Source: Octopus bimaculoides
Lineage: Eukaryota
Assembly: GCF_001194135.2 (NCBI RefSeq)
Contig: NC_068994.1
Span: 28,296,498-28,344,678 of the forward strand
Reading direction: 5' to 3'
Length of the DNA stretch: 48,181 nucleotides
Part shown: one piece after another, positions 11,657 to 23,345 of the stretch
How the letters are laid out: every line of letters begins with the position of its first letter
How positions within the stretch are numbered: the first letter of the stretch is position 1
Made by a program: the position numbers and the translations under genes
The notes under the pieces: model-generated
Seen by the model: the letters and a program-made list of their open reading frames with translations, nothing else
Databases searched by the model: none
What the model was told of the DNA's origin: nothing

Positions 11657-11955
11657 TAAATGGATACTATGAATCATTCAGCACCCATAACAAAGACAAA
11701 GATGAAATCAGTAAATGGATTGAATACATGAGGACAAGATCTGGTGTTCAGATAAAACGTATTCGTAAACCATGGCACACAGAAAATCCCAGCATTCAAG
11801 GTGTATGGCATTCATTCTCCAATAAAAGCCCTTCTCTTAATGTTACTGAATTCCCAGATAAAGAACTTGGAAAGTGTTTCAAATCAGAAATGTCTGCAAC
11901 AGATTATTTATTGTCCCTGAAGGAGGAAATTTCAAAAGAGAAAACTTCACAATAG
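11657..11955 (+). CDS. MRPL43: Mitochondrial ribosomal protein L43, terminal exon
   Basis: Polypyrimidine tract plus tgccag| acceptor; (L)NGYYESFSTHNKDKDEISKWIEYMRTRSGVQIKRIRKPWHTENPSIQGVWHSFSNK...KTSQ*; RIRKP.HT.NPSIQG.WH is the conserved mL43 motif. Confidence 0.95.
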
Positions 11956-11969
11956 AACTTTATTCATTT

Positions 11970-12056
11970 AATAAAATCCAACCATTATTTTGTAAGCATA
12001 GAATTTGATATTCAATAGTTTTTTTGTTTTTTGTTGTTGTTGTTGTTGTTGTTTTT
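11970..12056 (+). terminator. Putative MRPL43 polyadenylation signal and U/GU-rich downstream element
   Basis: AATAAA at 11970-11975, 15 nt after the stop; T-rich and (GTT)n tract at ~12018-12056. Confidence 0.55.
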
Positions 12057-12111
12057 CTTATGTCTGTCCTGTTTTTTCTTATGTCTGTCCTGTTTTTTCT
12101 TATGTCTGTCC
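12051..12111 (+). repeat. 21-bp tandem repeat, three copies
   Basis: Unit GTTTTTTCTTATGTCTGTCCT, near-perfect copies (first has one T fewer, last is truncated). Confidence 0.9.
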
Positions 12112-12429
12112 ATGACCAAAGATATTCTTGCTCTGACCATTCCATCTTTAAGACTATGCAGGACTACAATAGAATGCAAATTGAGGGAAATTTGACTGCT
12201 ATTTATAGTAGGTTAAACAACCATTTGAGACTCTCTTGAGTTGTTATGATGTGATTATCTTGAGTTTAGTCTTCTTGTGGTCATTAGGAGTGTTTCAATA
12301 GTCTCTGCTCATGTGTTCCATTTGAGTGATTAATTAATGTTAGATCCTTCTAACTATAAAATCATTGCCAGTCAAAGAATCACTGGTTCAGATCTATTTA
12401 CAGACACTTCTCCATGTTTTAGCCAAATA

Positions 12430-13100
12430 CAATTTTATATAGCTTTGACCACTGGGCTCTAAATAGACTTGGAAACAGTTTTTAAGTTATTCAATAAGAC
12501 AAATATTCAAAACTTGCTGTGAGGCTACCCTGGCAGTTACTGAACTCAAAACAGCAAGGTTGGAGACTTAATAATATATAGAGCACATTAATGGGAATTT
12601 TTGTTCCATCATTGGCACATACGGAGTGTGATATTACTTTCATTGTTTCAACATCATCTATGTAGCTAGCAGAATAAGGATTTAGATACTACATCATGAA
12701 AAAGCTATTTGACTGATCTCTCTCGTTGCTTTAACAAATGACAGTTCAGTAAGACACAGCTGCATAGTATTCTTAGTTCAATGTAAAGAGGCCTCAAAGT
12801 AAACTTAGCAAAATCTAGAGTATTTGTTAGAAGAGAAAACAGAACCCTATTAACATCAGAAAAATGGCCATACTTGATGAAGAGTAGTAGATAGGGATTC
12901 CATGCTGTGTACTCAATGTAAATTATGGATGCTCAAGAGGGATCATGGGCAGGCTAACAGAGAAGGTAAACTTCACATGTGATTAGAGCACATACAAAAC
13001 AACATCAGATCTGATGTTGTTTTATCTCACTGAAGAGTTGACAAAAGACTGTAGACTACACTGATTGGTAACACTGTGCTAGAGAAAACCCATCCACCCA
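12430..13100 (+). mobile_element. Highly degraded LINE reverse-transcriptase relic
   Basis: Faint RT-like segments (..GLKVNLAKSRVF-like at ~12790-12830); no open frame. Confidence 0.3.
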
Positions 13101-16020
13101 TGCAGAGATGGTGAAATGGATGTTAAGATTGTGTATATATATATATAGGCTTGTAGTTTTGTAATATATATATATATGTGTGTGTACATGTATACAGGTA
13201 TGTGTATATACATATAAGTATGTATTCATGCATGTATATTGTCAAGTGTATGTCTCTGGTTGCTTTGACAGCCTCTCGTCTCTCTAACGCTATCATTCAC
13301 TCCTCTCTCTCTCTTATCTCTATCATTTATCTGTCTAGTACCACCCATGTCTCTATTACTGGGCCTTTATCACTAATACCTCAATTGTTCATCCCCCAAT
13401 TACTTTCTCACTTTCTTTTCATTCTCGCTGTACCTTTGCTACCAATGTGACTAAAAATGGCATAATAAACAAAAGTTTTGTATACTGAAAAAATTATCCC
13501 AAAGCTTCAAAAGCAGTGTAAGGGTCAGTGGTATTTGATAATTGGCATATTTCAACTAGAATGTAAATGCTACAATATAATATGTACGAACTTATGAATG
13601 GCAGGTGCAGGAGAAGCATCAAGAAGAGTAGGGGTGACAAGATGTTTGTAATTTTTCTTTCCTTACTACAACCTGAGCCCTTATTGGAAAGTTAACTAGT
13701 TCGATGATGCCTTCTTTGATTTGTTATTTTACTTCTTGTTTTATACATTTTCAATTATTCACAAAAACCCTCTGAGTAGGTGTAACAATAGGTTTTATAT
13801 CTGGAGTTAAATAGTGGAGTCTGTACCAGGTAGAATCTTCTGGCAAGCAAAAATTGACAACACTAGGAAGCTTCAGTCATTAAACTTAAATACCACTGAA
13901 GAATGCTGAGACATATAACAGCTGTTCGCACAACTTTTTAACATGTCAAATATGAATTATACATGTTCCCGAAACTTGGGAATTAAGCTGTTTTGATAAC
14001 ATCACAATGTTACCTCTGGATGGCTTAATGACTAAACTTAGTAATATCAGCTTTAATAAAACTGTCATTTTATTATCAATTAAAGTTTACATTGATTAAT
14101 GATTAATTACAATTTTAGCAAGTGCATAAGACAAAGGATGCTCAAGTAAAACTGGAAAGCTTAAAAAATATTGTGTTTGAGATTAGTTTATTACTTTATA
14201 ATGACAGTCTGTGGGTTAGTCCAGTATTTACACCACCAGAAAAAAAAATTACCTTTTTTCTTACATTTGTGACGTAGCATCTCTTGTTAATTGTTTTCTG
14301 CTGCCATGCCTATTCTTTGTGCCCTCCCTTCCAAAAGAAAAAGACACTTCTGAGAAGCACTTGCTTGGTGTCTAATTTGATAAGAATTCTTTAGAGCTAA
14401 ATCAAATCGTCATGATCCAAATACTGCCATGGAAAACACTTACCCAGGAGCTACAGCAAGTACTTGGATCCAAAACAGCATTGTTGGTTATGAAATAAAA
14501 TTCCTGACAATAAAACCATACCTGTGCCCAACATTTATTAAAAATTTTCACACCTATTTAGGTGTGAAAAGCTTTCATTATTAGACATTATCAGCACCAA
14601 TTTGAAAAACAGATCCATACATGGGATTCATACTACATATATATCTTACCAAGCAACCATGTTAACCAATTACACAAGCAGGTAATTCATAATTTGAAAA
14701 GATTTTATTTTTCATTTTAACATATATGTGTGTCTGTTTATGTATAGATAACATAGCTAAGACTATATCTCAAAGACTGGCCTTTCTCTTCAAAGTCAGA
14801 AAATACTTCAAACCCAACAGTGACTACCTCACTACAAAACTCCTATAATATTCACCATGGGATACTGCTACCACATCTGGAATATTGCTGAACTGCATCC
14901 AGAGAAAAACCACTCAACTGGCACAAAGTTGCTCACCAACACACATGAATATCTGGTCCCACAGACCTGGTGCTGACTTTCTCCACCTTTTCTCTCACTC
15001 AACAGTGACCTCTGCTGGTTGATTTCATACTATTGCTCCTCCTTTGTTTCTCTTTCTTTCATCACCATATTGTGTCCAACTACTGTACCCAGTTCTATCT
15101 CCTAGAAGTTCTCTAGAATACCTCCCCTGCACATGTTTTATGTGTTTTTCCCCTCTCAATCTGCAAGTTTAAACAGGACATTAAAGCATTAATTTCACTG
15201 ATCTTCAGGCTTCTACAAAGGACATAGGCAGATTCCCTTCATGTTGCCTCTGCTAACAAAAAAGAATGTAATTTTCTTTTAATCCACAATTTTTATAAGA
15301 GTATTTCAATAATTGTAGAATGTCTTTCAAAAATAGTCCACCCTTCTTGCTTGGAAAGCATGTATTCTGGAATGAAATATAACTACTTTTTGGGACCTGA
15401 GAAAGGAAATTAGTGCTGAGTGAATCCAAAGCTCAGTCTTTGATGACCTGACAGCAAAAAAATGTTTATATATTCAATTTTTTCTCCATAATTTTGATTT
15501 CTCCTTACACCTTAATATACACTCAAGATAGAATTTAATAACTAACAAAAAAATTTTATTTGTTGAATTCATTTAAAATAGAAATAATTTTCTACAAGAA
15601 AAGAAATTCATGCCAATACATATATTACACCTTCACATGTGAGTTAGTTTCTCTGTGTTTAATGATCTGAAATATCATTGTATGCAGAACATTAACAATA
15701 TTCCTCTCACATAGGTCACAGTTTTTTCGTTTTGTTTTTTTCGAAAGCAGTTGTAAGGCATACTGGGCATATGCATGTCTTTCCTTAAGGAAAACAATTG
15801 AAAGTTATTTTTAGAGATAAATTGAGTATTTTGAGTTTGTTTTAAAATAATATGAATCATTAAAAATTGGGAACGTAAAGTCAACATTTAATAAACAAGG
15901 AATTACATGTAACGTATATTATTTAAAATAGTTAATATTTTCTGTCTGAGAAAATGTTGTCTATAAATCGAATCTAAAGAGTGTATGAAGATCTGATACG
16001 AAACTATGAATCAGTCTACA

Positions 16021-17240
16021 ACTTCCGGTTCAGGTTTTTTCGTCTCTGCCATATAAAAACCTGACGTTCTTCTGTAATTTCGTTAGTCAGGGGTAGAAGA
16101 AAACATAAAACAGGCAGCGAAATTGTTGTTCGCTACCTGAGTGTGAGTCAGTGTCTATAGGAACTCTCCTCCTAACAGGTAAGAATAATGGCACCTTGCA
16201 TGCTTACTGAGATAGAGATATACACTTTCTGATTCACTTAATTAATATTTCATTTATCTCTACTCATCTCACAGGTGATAGAGTCAATTTAGAGAGCAAA
16301 CTGTGTCATTGGGTGATTTAGGTATATTGACTTTCGATAAACAGGGTAAAATCGGGAATTGTCGACGTTCATGCCTTTCCCAAGGTCATGAACCGACATA
16401 AGTTAATTGAAATGATTGTAGATGTAACTGGGTATTGAAACCTTGCTTGTGGTCTCGTCTCGCCGGAAGCTGGGCTAGTGCTCGTCATAAACAATATACA
16501 TATGTAACTGGACGAAATTGATTAAGCATCTTACAATCGTTTATTTATTTGTTTTTAATATATGCTGTTAACTAATCTCACCGTCATTCTCATTGTAAAG
16601 GCGGTCCAGATATGCAAGGTAGATGAACTATCTATTTCTCTTGATTTGGAAAAAACCCTATAGTTTAGTGCAGCGGTAAGTGGGAGCAGCGTTAGCGGCG
16701 TAAATGAACGTGCTTCAATCGAGGTTCGAAACCGCTTTGCTGACTTAGTTCGCAAAGACGTTGAAACAGATATTTCACTGTAACCTGCTCACTTCCATTG
16801 TTCTGAATGTAAACCCTGCTATAGAGGTACATTCACTTACATCCTTCCAGAATTCAACGAGATTGATCGATTCACTTGACACACACTCTCTCTTTCTCTC
16901 TCTCACACACATACACATATTGGTTTCGTTTTCGTAAGTCATGATGTTCAACTTATTTCTTTAGAAATGATAGAACCGCTGTACTCTTTTCAGTATTTAA
17001 ATACGTGTTTTATATTCTCAGTCCATATCCTGCCGGAAGCCAATTCTACCTTTGATCCCACCTTAGTTGACAATGTACTAGGGATATCGATTAAACCCGT
17101 TCAGCTGATCTCTCTCTCTGTGGTGCTAAAATAATATTTCATTTTTCTTGCTGTATGTGTGCTCTTATTACAAACGTTTCTTAATTCGCTTATATCATAT
17201 CTGGCAATCACTCCTAAAAGGGATAGTCATCTTCCGGTGA
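16021..17240 (+). promoter_or_regulatory. CpG-enriched putative ELOC promoter region with four ETS-type motifs
   Basis: ACTTCCGG 16021-16028, CCGGAAG 16463-16469, CCGGAAG 17033-17039, CTTCCGG 17231-17237; locally raised CpG content; no obvious TE similarity; strong splice donors nearby. Confidence 0.5.
16060..16178 (+). other. ELOC: Putative non-coding first exon of ELOC (start position uncertain)
   Basis: Consensus donor CAG|GTAAGA at 16178/16179 just downstream of an ETS motif; further candidate donors at 16321 and 16675 (GCG|GTAAGT). Confidence 0.4.
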
Positions 17241-20200
17241 TTTTGTTTCAATTGCTGGTTACAGCACGTTGAAATGCACGCTTCTTTGGGAGTTAGCAAG
17301 GTCCATCACCCCGTTGAAGGATCCCTTTAATAGTGACAAGTCAGTCACTGTCCGCTGATTTGTAGTGAACCGTCTGTATTCTTTTTCCACCGATATAGTT
17401 TACAGTTGTTAGTAAACGAAATAGTAAGATACTATTCGTATGCAGTTTCTCCAATATTTACAGTCGCGTGAAAGTCTGTGCCAAATCTATTTAAATAAAT
17501 ATTTATAAAATGTACGTTACCGTACATTTATTATTATGCCATTTCGTCACTGAATTCATTAACCTTACCTGCCATCGCATCTATCAATTACATTTATGTA
17601 CATTTTATTTCGTCATATTTCACCAATAAATCTTGTCCTATCGAACCAATGAAGGAAGTCTCTAAGCTTCCCTCATTGTCCTGCCAGATAAAGCAACCAA
17701 ATCTGCCTTGAATCACATCCTTTCACTCAACCAACAAAGGAATCTCTATGTTGTTGTTCGACCTATTAGAAAGAGTAGCAAAATCTCCCTCATGACGCTG
17801 TACTGTCTTAAAAAGGAAAGGACACATTGGACAATGATATACCACAGATGACTAGGATAGTCATGAATGGAACACCTTTCCTCTTAGGTCTGTTTCAATG
17901 AAGACTGAACTGTAGCTACACAAGAATAACTGATATTTCATCATACAATACATTGATATATATTGGACGAACATTTTATATAGCCTCGTCGCCATGTTCT
18001 GTGAGGTCGCTGCCGTACTTTCTCTCTTTATCTCATTATTTTTTTTGTAATTATTATTTCATTTATGTAATTAATCATTTTACTTTTTAATTTCTTTCTT
18101 ATCAAAATGTATTCGAATAAAAAAAGAAGTAGCTAGGGAAAGGTGCTGATTTTTTAAATATTCATTTTAAAGCTCTGCCAATAATTAATGTCTTTATTTT
18201 TTGCGATGTTATAAGTGGTCCTACGAACTGTGTGTGTATGTGTACGTGTGTGTGTCTGGTTGCCTTGTTAGTAGTAAGGAGAGAGAGGAGATGGTCGACT
18301 GTTGTGTTTTCTCTGCTTAACTCTCTCTACATTGAAATACCCGGGTAATTATCTTCTTTTCCCCTACCGCTGTTCGCATAATCGGACTATGTTTCTATAT
18401 ATAAGGTGTATGTGTATGGTACTTTATTATAAGGTTTAAAAACCACAAGACTTTAACTGTGAAAGATTTGCTTGAAAGATCTTTTGAAACTCTGGTTTCT
18501 ACTCTGTAATACACAGTTAAAATACTTACCTAGGACTATTGCATATTCCATAGTCAAAATTCTTGATTTACTTATTTAATTGTAGGCATTTCTCTGTGTA
18601 TCAATGTCTATATATGCTTGTCTGTTGATTTGATTTGTAAAGTCATGTAAATATCAGATGAGTTAATGTTTTCGTTGCGTTTGTTTTGTGGTTCTGTTTT
18701 TGTTGTTTTGTTTTTTAAGACTGACCAAATCCTATCAAATACAAATTTGTTCTGAATTAATAAGATTTTGTTGGAAAGTATAATGACAATTATGTCTGTA
18801 GATACTTTGCTCTTTCTAATATATATAGTGAAAAATACTTGTTACTCCTCTGGCACACACAATCTATGTGTAATGTATTGATTGCATTGTTGATGCATTT
18901 ATAGAACTCAACACTAATTTATGTCTTTCTACTGACAATGTTACTGTGGTATTTAGCTATTGTTATTTAGCATGAGATCATTTCTGTCCTTGCCGTAGGA
19001 TCGAACCGCACACATCTTACTTTGCCTTCATATATCTCCGATTTTCTCTCTATAAAAGAAATTTCTTGTAAGAGTGGACTTTGTCTCTCATCCTATTCTC
19101 ATCCTTGTGACGATATTTCGATTCCGGCTTGAAACAATTACGCTACTCATGCTGTTTGCATTTGAATTAGAATGTCTTGTAGCAATAAGTGTTGTCTACG
19201 TTTCACGTGGTTTTACTTTGCCTTTCATTTTGACTTCGACGAAATTACGGTGCTTTCCTGTTATTGGCAACCATTTATTTACAAAAGGATTAGTAAATAA
19301 ACTATTATATTCGCGAGGTAGACTTTCAGAATAGCTATCACTACCTCATGGAAAAGGGCAATGAACTGGGTGATTGGTCAATAGTTTATTTACTAATTTC
19401 CTTTCGTTAAAAAAAAACAAAAAAACCCCACCGAAATTACTTTTATTAACAGCCAACAAGAGAGCATCTACTTGCTCACACGACTTGTTAGAAATAGTAG
19501 CCAAATCTCCTTCAATCATCATTTTAAAAATGGAAATACAATTTGGTTAATGTTATCTAAGGTAGATCAAACACTAACGGAGGGATGATCGAGACTGGAA
19601 TGCCTTTGATCATGCTTACTACATGACAAATATTAAGCTAGTCAGTAATCACTGCTTCTTGAGCCGATGAAGTTAAATCCCAGTTCTGGAGTTGATTTAA
19701 TCCACTACAGCTCCCTTACTGCTTTATATCCATATAGTTATCTGTTTTGTTTATTTATTTTAGCATTAATATTGATAATTTCCTTTAGATTAGCATATAT
19801 ATATATTTGTGTGAGTGTGTTTGTATTCTATTTTCTGTTATTAAATTGTGGTCCATCTTCACCGCTCAACCTGCTAGAAATAGCAGCTAGATCTACCTCA
19901 AATCACGCCCTAACATCTCTTAAAAATGTGAAGACATTTGATAAGATTATGAAGTTCTTTGATGTATGACTACTTTATATTTAAACCGTATATTAAGAAC
20001 TAAATTGAGTATTTGGGTTAGACACGGAGGTAATATTTATACGTAGTAATAGTTCAAAGCAATCGCCAATGAGCATTATGATCACAGATAATCCAGACAT
20101 GGCCATCATATAACTAGGACTACATCAAAATAACAGCCAAATCTCCCTAAAAACACTCCATCTTGTGTGTTTATTATTCCTCTGGAATTTAAACACAAGT

Positions 20201-22430
20201 TAATGAAATCAACTTGATGATTGTCATTTTTGTTTTCATAATTTTGTTAATGAATTTCGACTGAATCGTGTTGGTATTTTAGCCCAAGATTAGTCCTGAT
20301 TGTGTGTTGACCAATAATCTGGAATTGTTTGCTCAATATGACCTTTTTAAGACGGTAGGATGTGATTTTGAAGAATTCAGCTGATGAGTATTTGGATCAA
20401 CCATAAAAGTTCCTTTTGTTTACACCTGTATTGACTTCTAAAACTTAAATTCCTATTTAAATGTTCGTTCTTGAGCTGTTTTACATCTTTGTTAAGGTTA
20501 AATATTTGTGATTCAGTATATTACTTGTTAGAGAAGCTGATGTTTTCTTCTTAAATGTGCAACACAGTGAGAAACTTTAAAACCTCCAGTGATTGCATTA
20601 ATGTAACCATGTCAATCAAATGGTTCGATAATTGTACCTAAAAAGAATCTGGAGAGACCAACCATTAACAAGGCTGTGCTAAGAAATTACCTAGAGGAGG
20701 GAATTTATTAGGGAGCAACATCTTAAGATAATTCTTTGGTGTCTTCAAATAGCCACTTTTTTAATGATATTGATACTTGTTTTGTTATTATAAAGACTCA
20801 AAGTTTCAGCATTAACTAAGAAAACTGGTAAATGGGATGTCAATATTTTGTGCTTTACAAGAAAAGTTCTTAGGGTTATAGAGAAGCACAGACATTACTA
20901 GGCTTTCTTCATGTTGGGAAAACTCTTACTAGCATGTGAGATGTCATTTGTGATGGAGTTTGATGAGAATCTAATTAAATTATTAACCTATCTCATATTT
21001 GTGTTTTGCTACAGTTGTAAGTATAATAATAGCCTGACTTTTATTTTTGTTTAGTGTTGTATTAGTACCAAGGTATCTATTAAATTTACTTCAGATTTTA
21101 AGAGGATGAACTGTAAGAAGTAATATTTGCCAATAGACGTTGGGAGGCTCTAGAGCAGCTAGCCTGGTCTATGGTTAATTTAAATGTTATAGTCCAGCAA
21201 TATAATTCATATTTGTTTCTGTATATTTTTCATGGATTCATCATTTCCACTTATGCTTTTCTCTGTTGGCATTGTTTGGATGGATTTATTTCAACACTGT
21301 CTTGCCACTTGTTGCAATCCAGGAGCCAACCACACTCTTCTGCAGGTTCTTTCCACATGGATTGCAAGCAGTAACAGTGCAGTCTTGTCTCTTGCAAACT
21401 ACAGCTGATACCACTGAATCCCAATTTTTCTTACTGCACATATTCTGTCATTCATGTATGTTCGCATTAAACATTCAACAAAGCATGTTTAACCCCTTTC
21501 TTTTCAGCCTTTTCATATTCTCCATATTCAGTTCCCATGTTAGGACATGGAATACATGTATGCAATTTCATACAATCTATCCTTCACTCAGACAGAGAAG
21601 GTCTTTGTTGCCTGCAAAAACAATAGTCCCCTGACATTTTTTCAGTTGGGTCTCAGGTCAACCAAAACCTTCTGAGTGGATTTAGTAGACAGAGGCTGAC
21701 TGAGGCCCATTGTGTATTTCTGTATGTGTGTATCTGCATCTTTGTGTTTGTTCCCCTGGAATTTGGTGGTAAGTGCTGGGGTCAGTTCATTCCACTAAAG
21801 CCCCTTGCATGGATGTAGTCCAATGGCTGAAAAAGTAAAAGATAAAGAGGTGTTTGTCCCTCTTTGCTGCTTTTTTACATCCCTTAACTTCGAGGTTTAG
21901 TACAAGAGACCAATCACATGAATACCAGACTTAAAAATAAGTACTGGCATCATGGCTGCAGTCAAATGTTTGAAACAAGTAAAAGATAAAAATAACTGTA
22001 CAACTCCTGTTCATTCTTTCGTTTAATGTCCACCTTTCTATGCTAGTATTGCTTGGAGGGGAACTTATTTGAGGCAATTCAAGTAAAGTCTTTGAAAGCA
22101 CTGAGTGACTGGTTGTAATGTCAACAATATGTGTGAACATACTACAATATTACTCAGATATTGACAAACAAAGCCATGCAGTGTCAACATTCATACATAC
22201 TTGCACGTACACAACACAAAACACATGCACATATGATTGTATCTTAGACGAAAACCACTAATTTGCTTGTCAACTGTGTAGATACTCTAAGTATAATACA
22301 TAAATAGCTGTGTGGCACCTTGGGCAGGTGTCTTCAATTGTAACCCCAAGCTGACCAGGGACTTGTAAGTGGATTTCATTGATGGAAACTGAAGGAAGCC
22401 TGTTGTGTGTGTGTATGTATAAATGATACA

Positions 22431-22788
22431 ACAAATGGGCTGAGGTTCACTACAGCTGTTTCAGATGTGTTTTTTATTGATGAACAAATCAATTACATCA
22501 TGTAAAAAAGTTTTCTTCGGGTGAATTACAAATTAAAATAAAATTTAACATTTAGGATTTTTCACACAAAGAGTATAGAATGCATATTGACTTTCTCAAC
22601 TAACACTGAGATGAGTCAGTATCCATTCTATACTCTTTGTGTGAAAAATCCTAAATGTTAAAGTCTATTTTAATTTGTATTTCACCTAAAGAAGACTTTT
22701 TCTTTTTTTTTTTTTACATGATGTAATTGATTTGTTTATCAATAAAAAACACATCTGAAGCAGCTGTAATAAACCTCATCTCATTTGT
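22431..22788. mobile_element. Foldback MITE (~150-bp arms, ~40-nt loop)
   Basis: 22431-22582 pairs with ~22624-22788, e.g. ACATTTAGGATTTTTCACACAAAGAGTATAGAATG vs CATTCTATACTCTTTGTGTGAAAAATCCTAAATGT. Confidence 0.9.
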
Positions 22789-23224
22789 GTTATTTATAGT
22801 ACACCACACTTGGAACCTTCCTTGTGCTGGATCTTGAGCCTACAGTGGACCATGGACTGCATGCCAGAATGAACCATTATGTGATTTTATATATATGTTG
22901 AGTGTATTTGCTCTGTACATGTGGGTGTGTGCATAACTGGAAGGATAATCCATATATACTCAAGTAAGTATGTGAGTGTCCATACACACGGTATGTGTTT
23001 CTGTCTCCTTGACATCACATGATAGTTGTAAATGAGTGTCACCATCATGCAAGTGATGTCTTTCATTTCCAATATTCTGTGAAAATATGTCTGATCATGA
23101 GGAAATATTGCCTTATTTGGAAACAGTAAATTTTGGTGACAGGAAGGGATTGCAGCCATAAAAATATATGCCTCAACAACTTCCATCTGATCCATGCAAG
23201 CATGGAAAAGTGGACATTAAAACA

Positions 23225-23345
23225 ATGAGTCCTTAATCTGGTTTCAGTGATTTTGCTCCCCTCATCAACACTGCTCATTAGGTCACCTAGGTAACAGAAG
23301 CTATCAGTGAATTCTAGTAAGGTATTTTGATGGTTGAAAGACATC
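23225..23345 (-). mobile_element. RTE LINE fragment (post-RT region)
   Basis: - strand LLEFTDSFCYLGDLMSSVDEGSKITETRL matches the F.YLG...S....S..I..RI motif. Confidence 0.6.

Noticed and set aside
17508-17529. 9-bp hairpin AAATGTACG-TTAC-CGTACATTT
   Set aside because: Short and AT-rich; plausible by chance in 48 kb.
17895-17940. ATGAAGA...CTGA as a possible C/D snoRNA
   Set aside because: Too short, box C is imperfect, and there is no terminal stem.
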